A stretch of DNA of 32,000 nucleotides, taken from the NCBI GenBank assembly GCA_001766815.1, contig LYOS01000005.1:68687-100686 (forward strand). The letters are read 5' to 3'. The notes beneath the pieces are model-generated. The model did not search any database. It worked only from the letters and a program-made list of their open reading frames with translations, and was not told the origin of the DNA. Source of the DNA: Candidatus Syntropharchaeum caldarium. GTDB taxonomy: Archaea; Halobacteriota; Syntropharchaeia; Syntropharchaeales; Syntropharchaeaceae. Position numbers and translations under genes: made by a program. Shown piece by piece: positions 24,429-32,000 of this stretch (its first letter is position 1; the number at the start of each line of letters is the position of its first letter).

Positions 24429-25177
24429 TGAACGCTTATATCACGGCATTGCTGATTACAGCGATTACAGGGGTGCTATTTTACCTGCTGTATAAGGTAA
24501 AGAAAGGAGAGGGGCAGCTTCTCATGGCATTTCTCGGTAGAATCTATGAGATAAAAAGGAGCAGGGATCGAAAGGAGCGGTTGAACATGAAGATGGCCGA
24601 GTACCGAGATCTACTGCACCTTGATGCGCCCACGATACTCGGTTTTGTCCTGACACTCACGGTCTTCACACTGATCGTTTTTGCCCTTCTCTTTAATCTC
24701 GTCTTCTTTACGGTCGTCGTATCAGGCAGTATGAGTCCGACATTTGATAGGGGAGATCTCGTGCTGATGCAGTCAATCGACAAAGATAAGATTGAGGTTG
24801 GAGATATCATCCTTTTTGATCCCCCTGAGAGCCTGACGCCTTACACTCACAGGGTTGTATCTGTAAAGGGTGGCAGGATACGAACCCAGGGTGATGCAGT
24901 GGGGGTTGCCGATCCATGGACGCTATCAACTGATGAGGTCATCGCTAAGGCGGTGATTTTCAATGGAAAACCTATCGTGGTGAAGGACGTTGGGAGTTAC
25001 TTCATCCTCGACTACACGAAGCAGGAACAGAGGGTCGGTGGGAGGTATGGGGGAGAGTACACCTTCATCAAGAACCTTCTCAATGCAGTTAGGGCATGGG
25101 GTTATGCACTCTGTATCATCGCTGTTATGGGTTACATACTTCTGAGCGCAAAGGAGATGGGTGGGAAACTGAGTTGA
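24428..25177 (+). CDS. Signal peptidase I (archaeal/eukaryal S26B type)
   Basis: VVVSGSMSPTFDRGDLVLM (catalytic Ser box), THRVV (His box) and GDA box, flanked by TM segments. ATGA overlap with speB. Confidence 0.8.
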   Translation: MNAYITALLITAITGVLFYLLYKVKKGEGQLLMAFLGRIYEIKRSRDRKERLNMKMAEYRDLLHLDAPTILGFVLTLTVFTLIVFALLFNLVFFTVVVSGSMSPTFDRGDLVLMQSIDKDKIEVGDIILFDPPESLTPYTHRVVSVKGGRIRTQGDAVGVADPWTLSTDEVIAKAVIFNGKPIVVKDVGSYFILDYTKQEQRVGGRYGGEYTFIKNLLNAVRAWGYALCIIAVMGYILLSAKEMGGKLS

Positions 25178-25200
25178 CAGATCTGATATTTGCAGCAGAT

Positions 25201-26520
25201 ATGGCCGATGGCTATGCACTTGTAAACAGGAGACTGCTTTCTGATGGCGTGATTCGAAGGTCAAACAGAGGTGATACAAAGTTTCTTCCAGATATTTTAC
25301 TTGTGATAAAATCACCTGAACTAGTGCTATCAAGATTTGCCCCAAACATTCCTTCACAGCTGGAGAACTTAGATTCAACATGGGTGATACTCGGCGATGA
25401 GGGGGGAGAGACCTACAGCGATCGGATACAGTCACCCATTGACCAGACAACGATCGGGATTGAACTTCTAAAGAAGTATCCATACACAAGAAGGTTCTCT
25501 TACTCAATTGCAAGACCGTGGGATGTAGAAGGAGACATGCCACCAGCGTTGATGGAGGTCTATCTTCAGGGAATCGAAGGAGCACTCCATATCACAGGGT
25601 TTGCAAGAAGTATCGATACCTGTAACTATCTCAATCTGAACCTTCTCTGGCTCTCAAAGCTCCAGAAGAGGATCGCAGATAGGACGGGTTTAAAATGCGG
25701 ATCTATCGCACTGATGATCGTAAATGCTCACTACTACTTAAGAGATGAGGACATAATCAAAAAAATCATGGACGTTGAAGAGATCCCGCCAACAGAAGAT
25801 GCAAAGCTCATACGCGCAAAGACGATCCCCATCGGATGGCGTGAGACACTCGAGCTTGTTTATCATGAAGGTTATGAGGATGAGACCCAGTGGGGCGAGG
25901 TCTTTGAGCGACAGGGCAGGGCAAAGTTTGGACACCGCGTGCTTCTTGGGATTGAAAATCCGTTAGAGGAGATGATCGACGATATGGCACCTTTCACAAA
26001 GAGTTACGGCGAGGAGTACGCAGCACGGTATGTCATTGGCTTTCCTGAGGTCAAGATCGAAGATGGAGAGGTCTATACATACGCATCCCGCGCCAGAGGT
26101 GATCCTGATGATGAGCGGTGGTTTGAACGGGAGAGGGTTGATCAACTTGCTGCTGTGGTTTCTCGCCTGAAGGAGGATAGATGGACGAGACGGGCTTTTG
26201 TCACGATCTCAAGGCCCTGGGATATCGTGCTCGATGAACCAGCCTGCCTTCGCTCGTATGTCTTTCAGGCGATCGATGATGAGACACTTGGGCTTACGCT
26301 ATTTATGCGATCGAACGATGCCTATGGTGCTACCCATGCAAACCAGTACGGTTTTGCGAGGCTTCTCTGGTGGGTAGCACGCGAGACAGGGTTTAAGAAA
26401 TGCAGGATGACACTTCTCTCGTGTAATATGCATATCTATGGCGATTCATGGGATGCGGTGGGGAATCTCTTAAGGCCTGAGATGCCTACAACGAGGGAGA
26501 GGCTGGGTATCTGTGATTGA
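25201..26520 (+). CDS. Tandem thymidylate-synthase-like fusion protein (two ThyA-like domains)
   Basis: The second half has RRAFVTISRPWD...PACLRSYVFQ...LFMRSNDAYGATHAN...NMHIY. The first half has TRRFSYSIARPWD...PPALMEVYLQ...GFARSIDTCNYLNLN...NAHYY. Start alternatives are TTG 25174 (overlapping the upstream stop) or ATG 25201. Confidence 0.65.
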   Translation: MADGYALVNRRLLSDGVIRRSNRGDTKFLPDILLVIKSPELVLSRFAPNIPSQLENLDSTWVILGDEGGETYSDRIQSPIDQTTIGIELLKKYPYTRRFSYSIARPWDVEGDMPPALMEVYLQGIEGALHITGFARSIDTCNYLNLNLLWLSKLQKRIADRTGLKCGSIALMIVNAHYYLRDEDIIKKIMDVEEIPPTEDAKLIRAKTIPIGWRETLELVYHEGYEDETQWGEVFERQGRAKFGHRVLLGIENPLEEMIDDMAPFTKSYGEEYAARYVIGFPEVKIEDGEVYTYASRARGDPDDERWFERERVDQLAAVVSRLKEDRWTRRAFVTISRPWDIVLDEPACLRSYVFQAIDDETLGLTLFMRSNDAYGATHANQYGFARLLWWVARETGFKKCRMTLLSCNMHIYGDSWDAVGNLLRPEMPTTRERLGICD

Positions 26521-29500
26521 GGATTACTTTGATCGGCTGAATGAGAAGCTCCATGAGGCAATTGAGCTTGCGAATAAAGCGCGTGGTAGAGGATATGATC
26601 CTGCACCTGTGGTTGAGATACCGCTTGCAAAGGATCTTGCAGATCGGGTTGAGCGTCTCGTAGGGATCAACGGGCTTGCAGAGCGAATTCGTGAGCTTGA
26701 TCGTGAGTTATCATCCAGAGAGGAAGTTGCGCTTAAAATAGGTCTTGATGTTGCAGAAGGAAGGTTTGGCGATTTCGAATCAAAGGTTGAAGTCGTTGAG
26801 ATGGCGATAAGGTCTGCGAGTGCGATACTCACTGAAGGAGTGGTTGCAGCTCCGATTGAGGGAATCTCACAGGTCGAAGAGGGAAAGAACGATGACGGAT
26901 CGAAATACATCAAGGTATACTATGCAGGGCCGATAAGAAGTGCTGGTGGAACTGCACAGGCTCTTTCAGTGCTTGTTGCAGATTATGTTCGCAGGAAACT
27001 TGGATTTTCGCGGTACAAACCACGAAAGGAGGAGGTTGAGCGGTATGTGGCTGAGATACCGATATATCGACGGATTGCGAACCTCCAGTACACACCAACT
27101 GACAACGAAATCAGGTTGATCGTTGAGAACTGCCCTGTCTGCATCGATGGAGAACCTACAGAGCCTGTGGAGGTTGAGGGCTACCATAGCCTTGAGCGGG
27201 TATCGACATCCCGTGTCAGGGGTGGTATGGCTCTTGTGATCGCAGAAGGGGTTGCCCTCAAAGCTCCAAAGATAAAGAAGTACGTCGAAAGCCTGGGAAT
27301 AGACGGCTGGGACTGGCTTGACGGACTTATAAAAAATAAAGCTTCAACAGATGATGATGAAGGCAGCAAATCCTCAAAAAAATTCCTGAATGACATCATC
27401 GCAGGTCGTCCTGTCTTTTCACACCCATCCATGCCAGGAGGCTTCAGAATCAGGTATGGAAGGGCACGCAATCTCGGACTTGCAACCTGGGGGATTCACC
27501 CTGCAACGATGACGATCCTCGATGATTTCATCGCACCTGGTACGCAGATGAAGGTCGAACTTCCAGGAAAGGCAGCAGGTATTGCGCCTGTTGATTCGAT
27601 CGAAGGACCAAGCGTGGTATTGAAGTCTGGTGAGCTTGTTAAGATCTCATCGATCGAGGAAGCAAAGCGGTTAAAACCGATGATCGAACGTATCGTGGAT
27701 CTCGGCGAGGTTCTTGTAAACTACGGTGACTTTCTTGAGAACAACCACCCACTCGTGCCTTCAAGCTATACCAAGGAGTGGTGGGAGCTCGATCTTCTAA
27801 AAGCAGGGGGCGACCCATCAGATTTCTCTGAGATTGGTCCAGATACAGCGATAAAGCTCTCAAAAGAGCTTGGCGTACCACTTCACCCAGAATACACCTA
27901 TCTCTGGCATGATATAAGCCTTGATGAGTTCAATCAGCTCGGAGAAGCTGTTTCTGAGGGCAGGCTCAAAGATGGACGACTCTATTTAACCTATGATCAG
28001 GATATAAAATCAATCCTTGAGCGGCTTTTGATCCCCCACAGGGTTGAGGATGATCTTCTTCTGATTGATGAACCACGTATCCTGCTCATCTCGCTTGGGT
28101 TTGATGAACCTGGAGCTCGCTGGGAACGAATTGAAGCAGGGAACGTTATAGAAGCGGTATCAAAACTTTCGGGCATCGAGATCCGCGAAAAAGCCCCAGC
28201 ACGGGTTGGAAGCAGGATGGGAAGGCCTGAAAAGTCAAAAAGGCGTGAGATGAAGCCATCTGTACATTTTCTATTTCCTGTTGGCAACCACGGTGGGAAT
28301 ACACGGTCCATCATCACTGCAATCTCCAACAGAGGTCTTATTGAAGTTGAGCTCCCATTCCGAATTTGTGATCACTGCGGGCAGGAAACATATCTTCTAA
28401 AATGCACCTGTGGCCATCGGACTTCGCCCAGGTATATCTGTTCAAACTGTGGGCGGGTTGAGAGCGAGTACACGAGATGCAAACGCTGCAACGGACGGTT
28501 GAATCCATATAAAACGTGGTCTGTTGATCTAAAGCAGCTGTACACGAGTGCACTGAACAGACTCTCTGAGCGTGATCTGAAGCTACTGAAGGGAGTCAAA
28601 GGATTAACTTCATTTGAAAAGATGCCTGAGCCATTTGAAAAGGGAATTCTACGTGCAAAGCACGATTTATCGGTATTTAAGGATGGCACGATCAGATACG
28701 ATCTCACAGATATGCCTCTGACGCATTTTAAGCCAGAGGAGGTGAACGTGAAAGTTTCAAAGCTGAGAGAGCTTGGATACGAGGTGTCTTTTGCAGATGA
28801 GATCCTCGAGCTTGGAGTTCAGGACATTGTACTCTCACAGCATGCAGGCGAGTATCTTCTCAAAGTTTCACAGTTCATCGATGATCTGCTTGTAAAGTTC
28901 TATGATCTTCCAGCCTACTACCGTGCAGAGAAGGTTGATGACCTGATCGGTACACTCGTGATCGGGCTTGCCCCACATACATCTGCAGGCGTGCTTGGAA
29001 GGATCGTTGGGTTCACATCAACCGCTGTATGCTATGCCCATCCCTTCTTCCATGCCTCAAAGCGGCGAAACTGTGATGGAGATGAGGACTGTGTGATGCT
29101 CCTGATGGATGGGCTTTTAAACTTCTCAAGGTCGTATCTGCCAGATAGGCGAGGCGGCAGGATGGATGCCCCGCTTGTTCTAACAACCCAGATCAACCCC
29201 CGCGAGATCGATAGTGAGGCACACAACATCGATATATGCGAGAGATACCCGCTTGAGTTCTACGAGGCAACATTGAGGCGTGTAAGCCCGAAGGATGTAA
29301 AGAGACTCATTGAAACGGTTGAAGACAGGCTTGAAAGTGGAGATGAGTATTCTAACTTCCATTTCACACACCACGTCTCTGATATATCGCTTGGTCCCAC
29401 GATGAGCAGTTACAAGACGCTTGAGACGATGATTGAGAAGATGGACGCACAGCTAACACTTGCAAAAAAGATCAGGGCTGTTGATGCACGAGATGTTGCA

Positions 29501-29827
29501 GAGCGGGTCATAAACACGCATTTTATCAGGGATCTTCGGGGGAACCTGCGAGCGTTTGGGACACAGGGGGTGAGGTGCACAAAATGCAACTCAAAGTACA
29601 GGCGGGTGCCACTGACCGGAACCTGTACCCGATGCGGGAACAACCTGATTCTGACTGTGCATGAAGGCTCGGTCAGGAAGTATCTTGATGCCACCGTGCG
29701 GATCGCAGATGAATTTGAGCTTGAGGCATATACACGGGCAAGGATTGAGCTGATAGAAGAGGAGATTGAGTCGATCTTTGAAGGAGAGGAAGGGTGCAGG
29801 CAGATGGACCTGGGGGAGTTTATGTAA
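26513..29827 (+). CDS. polC: DNA polymerase II (PolD) large subunit DP2
   Basis: 1104 aa. The N-terminus YFDRLNEKLHEAIELANKARGRGYDP, the internal Zn-finger cluster CDHCG...CTCG...CSNCG...CKRCNG and the C-terminal CTKCNSKYRRVPL.G.CTRCG are DP2 hallmarks. The length argues against an intein. Confidence 0.95.
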   Translation: MIEDYFDRLNEKLHEAIELANKARGRGYDPAPVVEIPLAKDLADRVERLVGINGLAERIRELDRELSSREEVALKIGLDVAEGRFGDFESKVEVVEMAIRSASAILTEGVVAAPIEGISQVEEGKNDDGSKYIKVYYAGPIRSAGGTAQALSVLVADYVRRKLGFSRYKPRKEEVERYVAEIPIYRRIANLQYTPTDNEIRLIVENCPVCIDGEPTEPVEVEGYHSLERVSTSRVRGGMALVIAEGVALKAPKIKKYVESLGIDGWDWLDGLIKNKASTDDDEGSKSSKKFLNDIIAGRPVFSHPSMPGGFRIRYGRARNLGLATWGIHPATMTILDDFIAPGTQMKVELPGKAAGIAPVDSIEGPSVVLKSGELVKISSIEEAKRLKPMIERIVDLGEVLVNYGDFLENNHPLVPSSYTKEWWELDLLKAGGDPSDFSEIGPDTAIKLSKELGVPLHPEYTYLWHDISLDEFNQLGEAVSEGRLKDGRLYLTYDQDIKSILERLLIPHRVEDDLLLIDEPRILLISLGFDEPGARWERIEAGNVIEAVSKLSGIEIREKAPARVGSRMGRPEKSKRREMKPSVHFLFPVGNHGGNTRSIITAISNRGLIEVELPFRICDHCGQETYLLKCTCGHRTSPRYICSNCGRVESEYTRCKRCNGRLNPYKTWSVDLKQLYTSALNRLSERDLKLLKGVKGLTSFEKMPEPFEKGILRAKHDLSVFKDGTIRYDLTDMPLTHFKPEEVNVKVSKLRELGYEVSFADEILELGVQDIVLSQHAGEYLLKVSQFIDDLLVKFYDLPAYYRAEKVDDLIGTLVIGLAPHTSAGVLGRIVGFTSTAVCYAHPFFHASKRRNCDGDEDCVMLLMDGLLNFSRSYLPDRRGGRMDAPLVLTTQINPREIDSEAHNIDICERYPLEFYEATLRRVSPKDVKRLIETVEDRLESGDEYSNFHFTHHVSDISLGPTMSSYKTLETMIEKMDAQLTLAKKIRAVDARDVAERVINTHFIRDLRGNLRAFGTQGVRCTKCNSKYRRVPLTGTCTRCGNNLILTVHEGSVRKYLDATVRIADEFELEAYTRARIELIEEEIESIFEGEEGCRQMDLGEFM

Positions 29828-29863
29828 GTTAATGCGGCGGACGGAGAATAATTCATCGTATTA

Positions 29864-29872
29864 ATTTTTTTC
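29864..29872. terminator. Oligo-T tract between the convergent polD and RM-relic genes
   Basis: ATTTTTTTCT lies 37 nt after the polD stop. Confidence 0.3.
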
Positions 29873-29903
29873 TCTATCGCTGGATTTTCCCCTCACCAGG
29901 CCC

Positions 29904-30170
29904 CTAAAGCTCATAGATCAGCTTATCAGTCAGCCAATCCGTCTTCTCAATCCTCTCAATCAACGGCTTAAGCTTCCCTATACTCCCCTCAAACTCCTCT
30001 TTCAAATTCGCCTGAAACTCCCTGCTTGATGGATTCACAGATATCTTCTTCCTGTTCTCCTTAAGGATGCCCAGAAGCTCATCAAAATCATACTTATAAT
30101 ATTCCTTGATCTTCGTCTTAAGCTGTAAATCCTCAATCTTCGCCCCCGCTCTCTCTTTCAAGCCATTCAA
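29904..30170 (-). pseudogene. Type IIG-like restriction-modification enzyme C-terminal relic, cut off right after ...LIYEL
   Basis: ...AKIEDLQLKTKIKEYYKYDFDELLGILKENRKKISVNPSSREFQANLKEEFEGSIGKLKPLIERIEKTDWLTDKLIYEL* matches the conserved C-terminal region of Eco57I/TaqI-like enzymes up to the VYELY motif. TTG start only; there are no upstream enzyme domains. Confidence 0.6.
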
Positions 30171-30471
30171 GAAATCCCCTTATCCCTTTCGTTCTTTTCC
30201 TTGTTCATCTCTATCATTTGTTGACGAGGAAAGCGAGATCATACACCACATCGGACTTCTCCTTATCGGTTATGAAGTTACTATCCTTATCTTTCTGAAG
30301 GCATTCTTCAACTACTTCTAAGATTTTCTCGAACTCGTTGTCGTTGTAGCTGGATTTTAGGGATTTGAGCATTTGTTAACTAATGAGACAAGTTTGTCGT
30401 GCTTTGCTACATCCGATGAGTTTAAGAAGTCGGTAAAAGAAGTAGCATTAAAGGATGGCGTTTTAAGTTGA

Positions 30472-30777
30472 TCAGAAACCAAATGCGATTTTAACAGTCG
30501 CAATTGCTCCCACAATTGTTGCTATTACTAAAAATACTTCTAACCAAAATAATCTATTAGACAAATTATTCGTTGATTCAGAACTTTTAATTATAGATTC
30601 TTCAAGGCTCTTCAATGATTTTTCCAAATCTTGAACGCACCTAACGATTATCGCCATTTTTTGTTGTTCGTACACAATTGAACCGGGCTCGGCAGTACCC
30701 TTCAAATCTGCAAGGATTTCTTCTTTTGTCTTATTTTTAATGTATTTATCGTCTGGCATATTTTTGAACCAACCCAC
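30472..30777 (-). CDS. Small tail-anchored membrane protein, unknown function
   Basis: 101 aa with a coiled-coil-like middle and a single C-terminal TM (LFWLEVFLVIATIVGAIATVKIAF). A/T-rich. No motifs recognised. Confidence 0.35.
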   Translation of the reverse strand: MGWFKNMPDDKYIKNKTKEEILADLKGTAEPGSIVYEQQKMAIIVRCVQDLEKSLKSLEESIIKSSESTNNLSNRLFWLEVFLVIATIVGAIATVKIAFGF

Positions 30778-30921
30778 TTCTGCTTAATCTAACAAAGTAA
30801 ATCCCTAAGTACCTATCTTAAAGTATTTTTCTTGTCCCTATCCTCTATCAAGAACGTATTTATAAAACTTTCGAGAAATGAATTTAAAAGTTTTAGCAAA
30901 ACAACAGAGTAATGCCTAAAG

Positions 30922-31227
30922 GTGGAATTTATGGAATTTTTTAAGTCATTTAAAATAGACGCCTGGTATAAAGTGCTCGTTTATTTAGGTGGAATACTCT
31001 TTATTTTTTCAATATTTATCCCTACTCAATGGATTACAAATGAACAAGTTGTTTTACTCTCATCAGGTATGCTCCTTATTGGCATAGGCGAATGGAAAAA
31101 CCACAAGTACGTTTCATGGACAAAGCCACCAAATGTTTATACTGGGCCTACTGCATTTATCACAACGAAAACGCGGAAACCAGATGCAGTTGGTTGTGGT
31201 TTTAAGATTTTATTGGCTCTATATTAA
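30922..31227 (+). CDS. Small membrane protein, unknown function
   Basis: 101 aa with two hydrophobic segments (VLVYLGGILFIFSIFI, VVLLSSGMLLIGI). A/T-rich. No motifs recognised. Confidence 0.35.
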   Translation: MEFMEFFKSFKIDAWYKVLVYLGGILFIFSIFIPTQWITNEQVVLLSSGMLLIGIGEWKNHKYVSWTKPPNVYTGPTAFITTKTRKPDAVGCGFKILLALY

Positions 31228-31333
31228 TAATATTAGCAGTAATTAATAAATATTTGTTTAATAAAAATCATAACCCTTTTTCCATCACCCTTATTATCCT
31301 CCTCCGTTAGCCCGGTTTTGGGACAAAATTCAA

Positions 31334-31492
31334 CTAATCCCTGACAACAATCACATATGCTCTCCACCCCAGATACCTCTTTGGCACATCAACCTTCGCT
31401 GAATTACCGAAAGGAGTAACTTTCTTCTCGAAAACAACTTCGACTTCCTCCCTCAACACAAAATCACCTTTCTTCACTTCAACCCTTCTCAT
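31334..31492 (-). CDS. DUF2080-like transposon-associated small protein
   Basis: The 52-aa ORF (below the track threshold) MRRVEVKKGDFVLREEVEVVFEKKVTPFGNSAKVDVPKRYLGWRAYVIVVRD has a TPFGNSAKV.VPK motif. That matches my recollection of the Methanosarcina transposon-encoded DUF2080 family. Confidence 0.5.
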   Translation of the reverse strand: MRRVEVKKGDFVLREEVEVVFEKKVTPFGNSAKVDVPKRYLGWRAYVIVVRD

Positions 31493-31545
31493 ATTTTTAG
31501 TATATCCATAGAAATACTTAAATACTTTTTGGTTAAAATCTGAAT

Positions 31546-32000
31546 ATGAACCTGGAATTTAGAGTAACAAAGAAGTTTGTTAATGAGTTATTGGTTGTTT
31601 TAGATGAACTGGTCAAGGAGATAAGGAGAGAAGAGAAGAAGTACCCATATGCTGAATGGGAAAGGAAGAGAGAACTCGTTAAGAAAAGGCTGAGAAAGCT
31701 TCCAGAATATGTTAGGGAAGCTCTTGCGATGATCAGAATTCAGAAAAAAGCTGGAAGACCAAAGGAACTTGACCTGGAGAAGAGGGTTATGCTATTCCTC
31801 TTTGCAAGACTTATGAACAGATCAAACAGGGATGTAGAAGAATTATTGGAGTTGTTTGAGCCTTTGTTTGGTTTCAAAGTCAGCTACAAAACGATAGAAA
31901 GACTGTATTCAGATGAAGAAGTTAAGCTTGCTCTGCACAACCTCTTTATTTTGTTGTTGAGGGAGGAAGGCATCTCAGGTGAGTTTGCAGGAGATGGAAC
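31546..32000 (+). mobile_element. IS-element DDE transposase, N-terminal part (continues beyond window)
   Basis: The frame is open from ATG 31546 to the window end. ...KKAGRPKELDLEKRVMLFLFARLMNRSNRDVEELLELFEPLFGFKVSYKTIERLYSDEEVKLALHNLF...GDGT resembles archaeal IS transposase N-termini, up to the first catalytic Asp region (GDGTG). Confidence 0.65.

Noticed and set aside
24926-25585. 219-aa minus-strand ORF
   Set aside because: It is antisense to the signal peptidase and ThyA-like genes, both of which have clear family motifs, and it has no motif of its own.
26513-29827. Possible intein in the PolD large subunit
   Set aside because: The 1104-aa length is normal for an intein-free DP2. I saw no Cys/Ser-start block with a His-Asn-Cys/Ser/Thr end interrupting the conserved regions.
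15915-29903. The idea that the core block is a site-specific inversion between the island tails and the minus-strand RM relic
   Set aside because: The relic and the island tails are different paralogs, with different codons at YEL and different upstream sequence. Reciprocal halves therefore cannot be demonstrated from this window; it is only listed as a check under the second relic.
30214-30372. 52-aa minus-strand ORF (MLKSLKSSYNDNEFEKILEVVEECLQKDKDSNFITDKEKSDVVYDLAFLVNK)
   Set aside because: It is short and has no motif or clear ribosome-binding site. It may be real island cargo, but it cannot be supported from sequence alone.

Overview
Archaeal chromosomal window with Methanosarcinales-type methanogen or ANME gene content. 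It has four blocks. (1) 1-4282: the 3' part of the acetyl-CoA decarbonylase/synthase operon (cdhC fragment, cooC, a 71-aa paralog of the CdhD N-terminus, cdhD, cdhE). (2) About 4283-15910: a visibly AT-richer accessory island. It holds a disrupted EVE/UPF0310 gene carrying a hairpin-rich insert, an AbrB-like gene plus an AAA+ ATPase / S8 subtilase pair (IetAS-like defence candidate), several RelE-type and MNT-HEPN toxin-antitoxin modules, a rhomboid-like protease and a 520-aa protein with a PD-(D/E)xK motif. Six copies of the last ~90 codons of a type IIG-like restriction-modification gene separate these cassettes. (3) 15915-29827: a core block with an archaellum sub-cluster (flaD/E, flaF, flaG), uppS, rimI, a radical-SAM activase, GGGP synthase, tRNA-Ile, a McrD-like gene, tRNA-Gln, aIF5A, agmatinase, signal peptidase, a tandem thymidylate-synthase-like fusion and the PolD large subunit. 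(4) 29830-32000: a second accessory patch with another RM-tail relic, small membrane ORFs and an IS transposase running off the window. The most unusual feature is the reiterated RM-tail architecture. It looks like serial cassette accretion at a site-specific target inside a gene 3' end, yet no recombinase is visible in the window. All assignments come from reading motifs in the translations; no database search was run.
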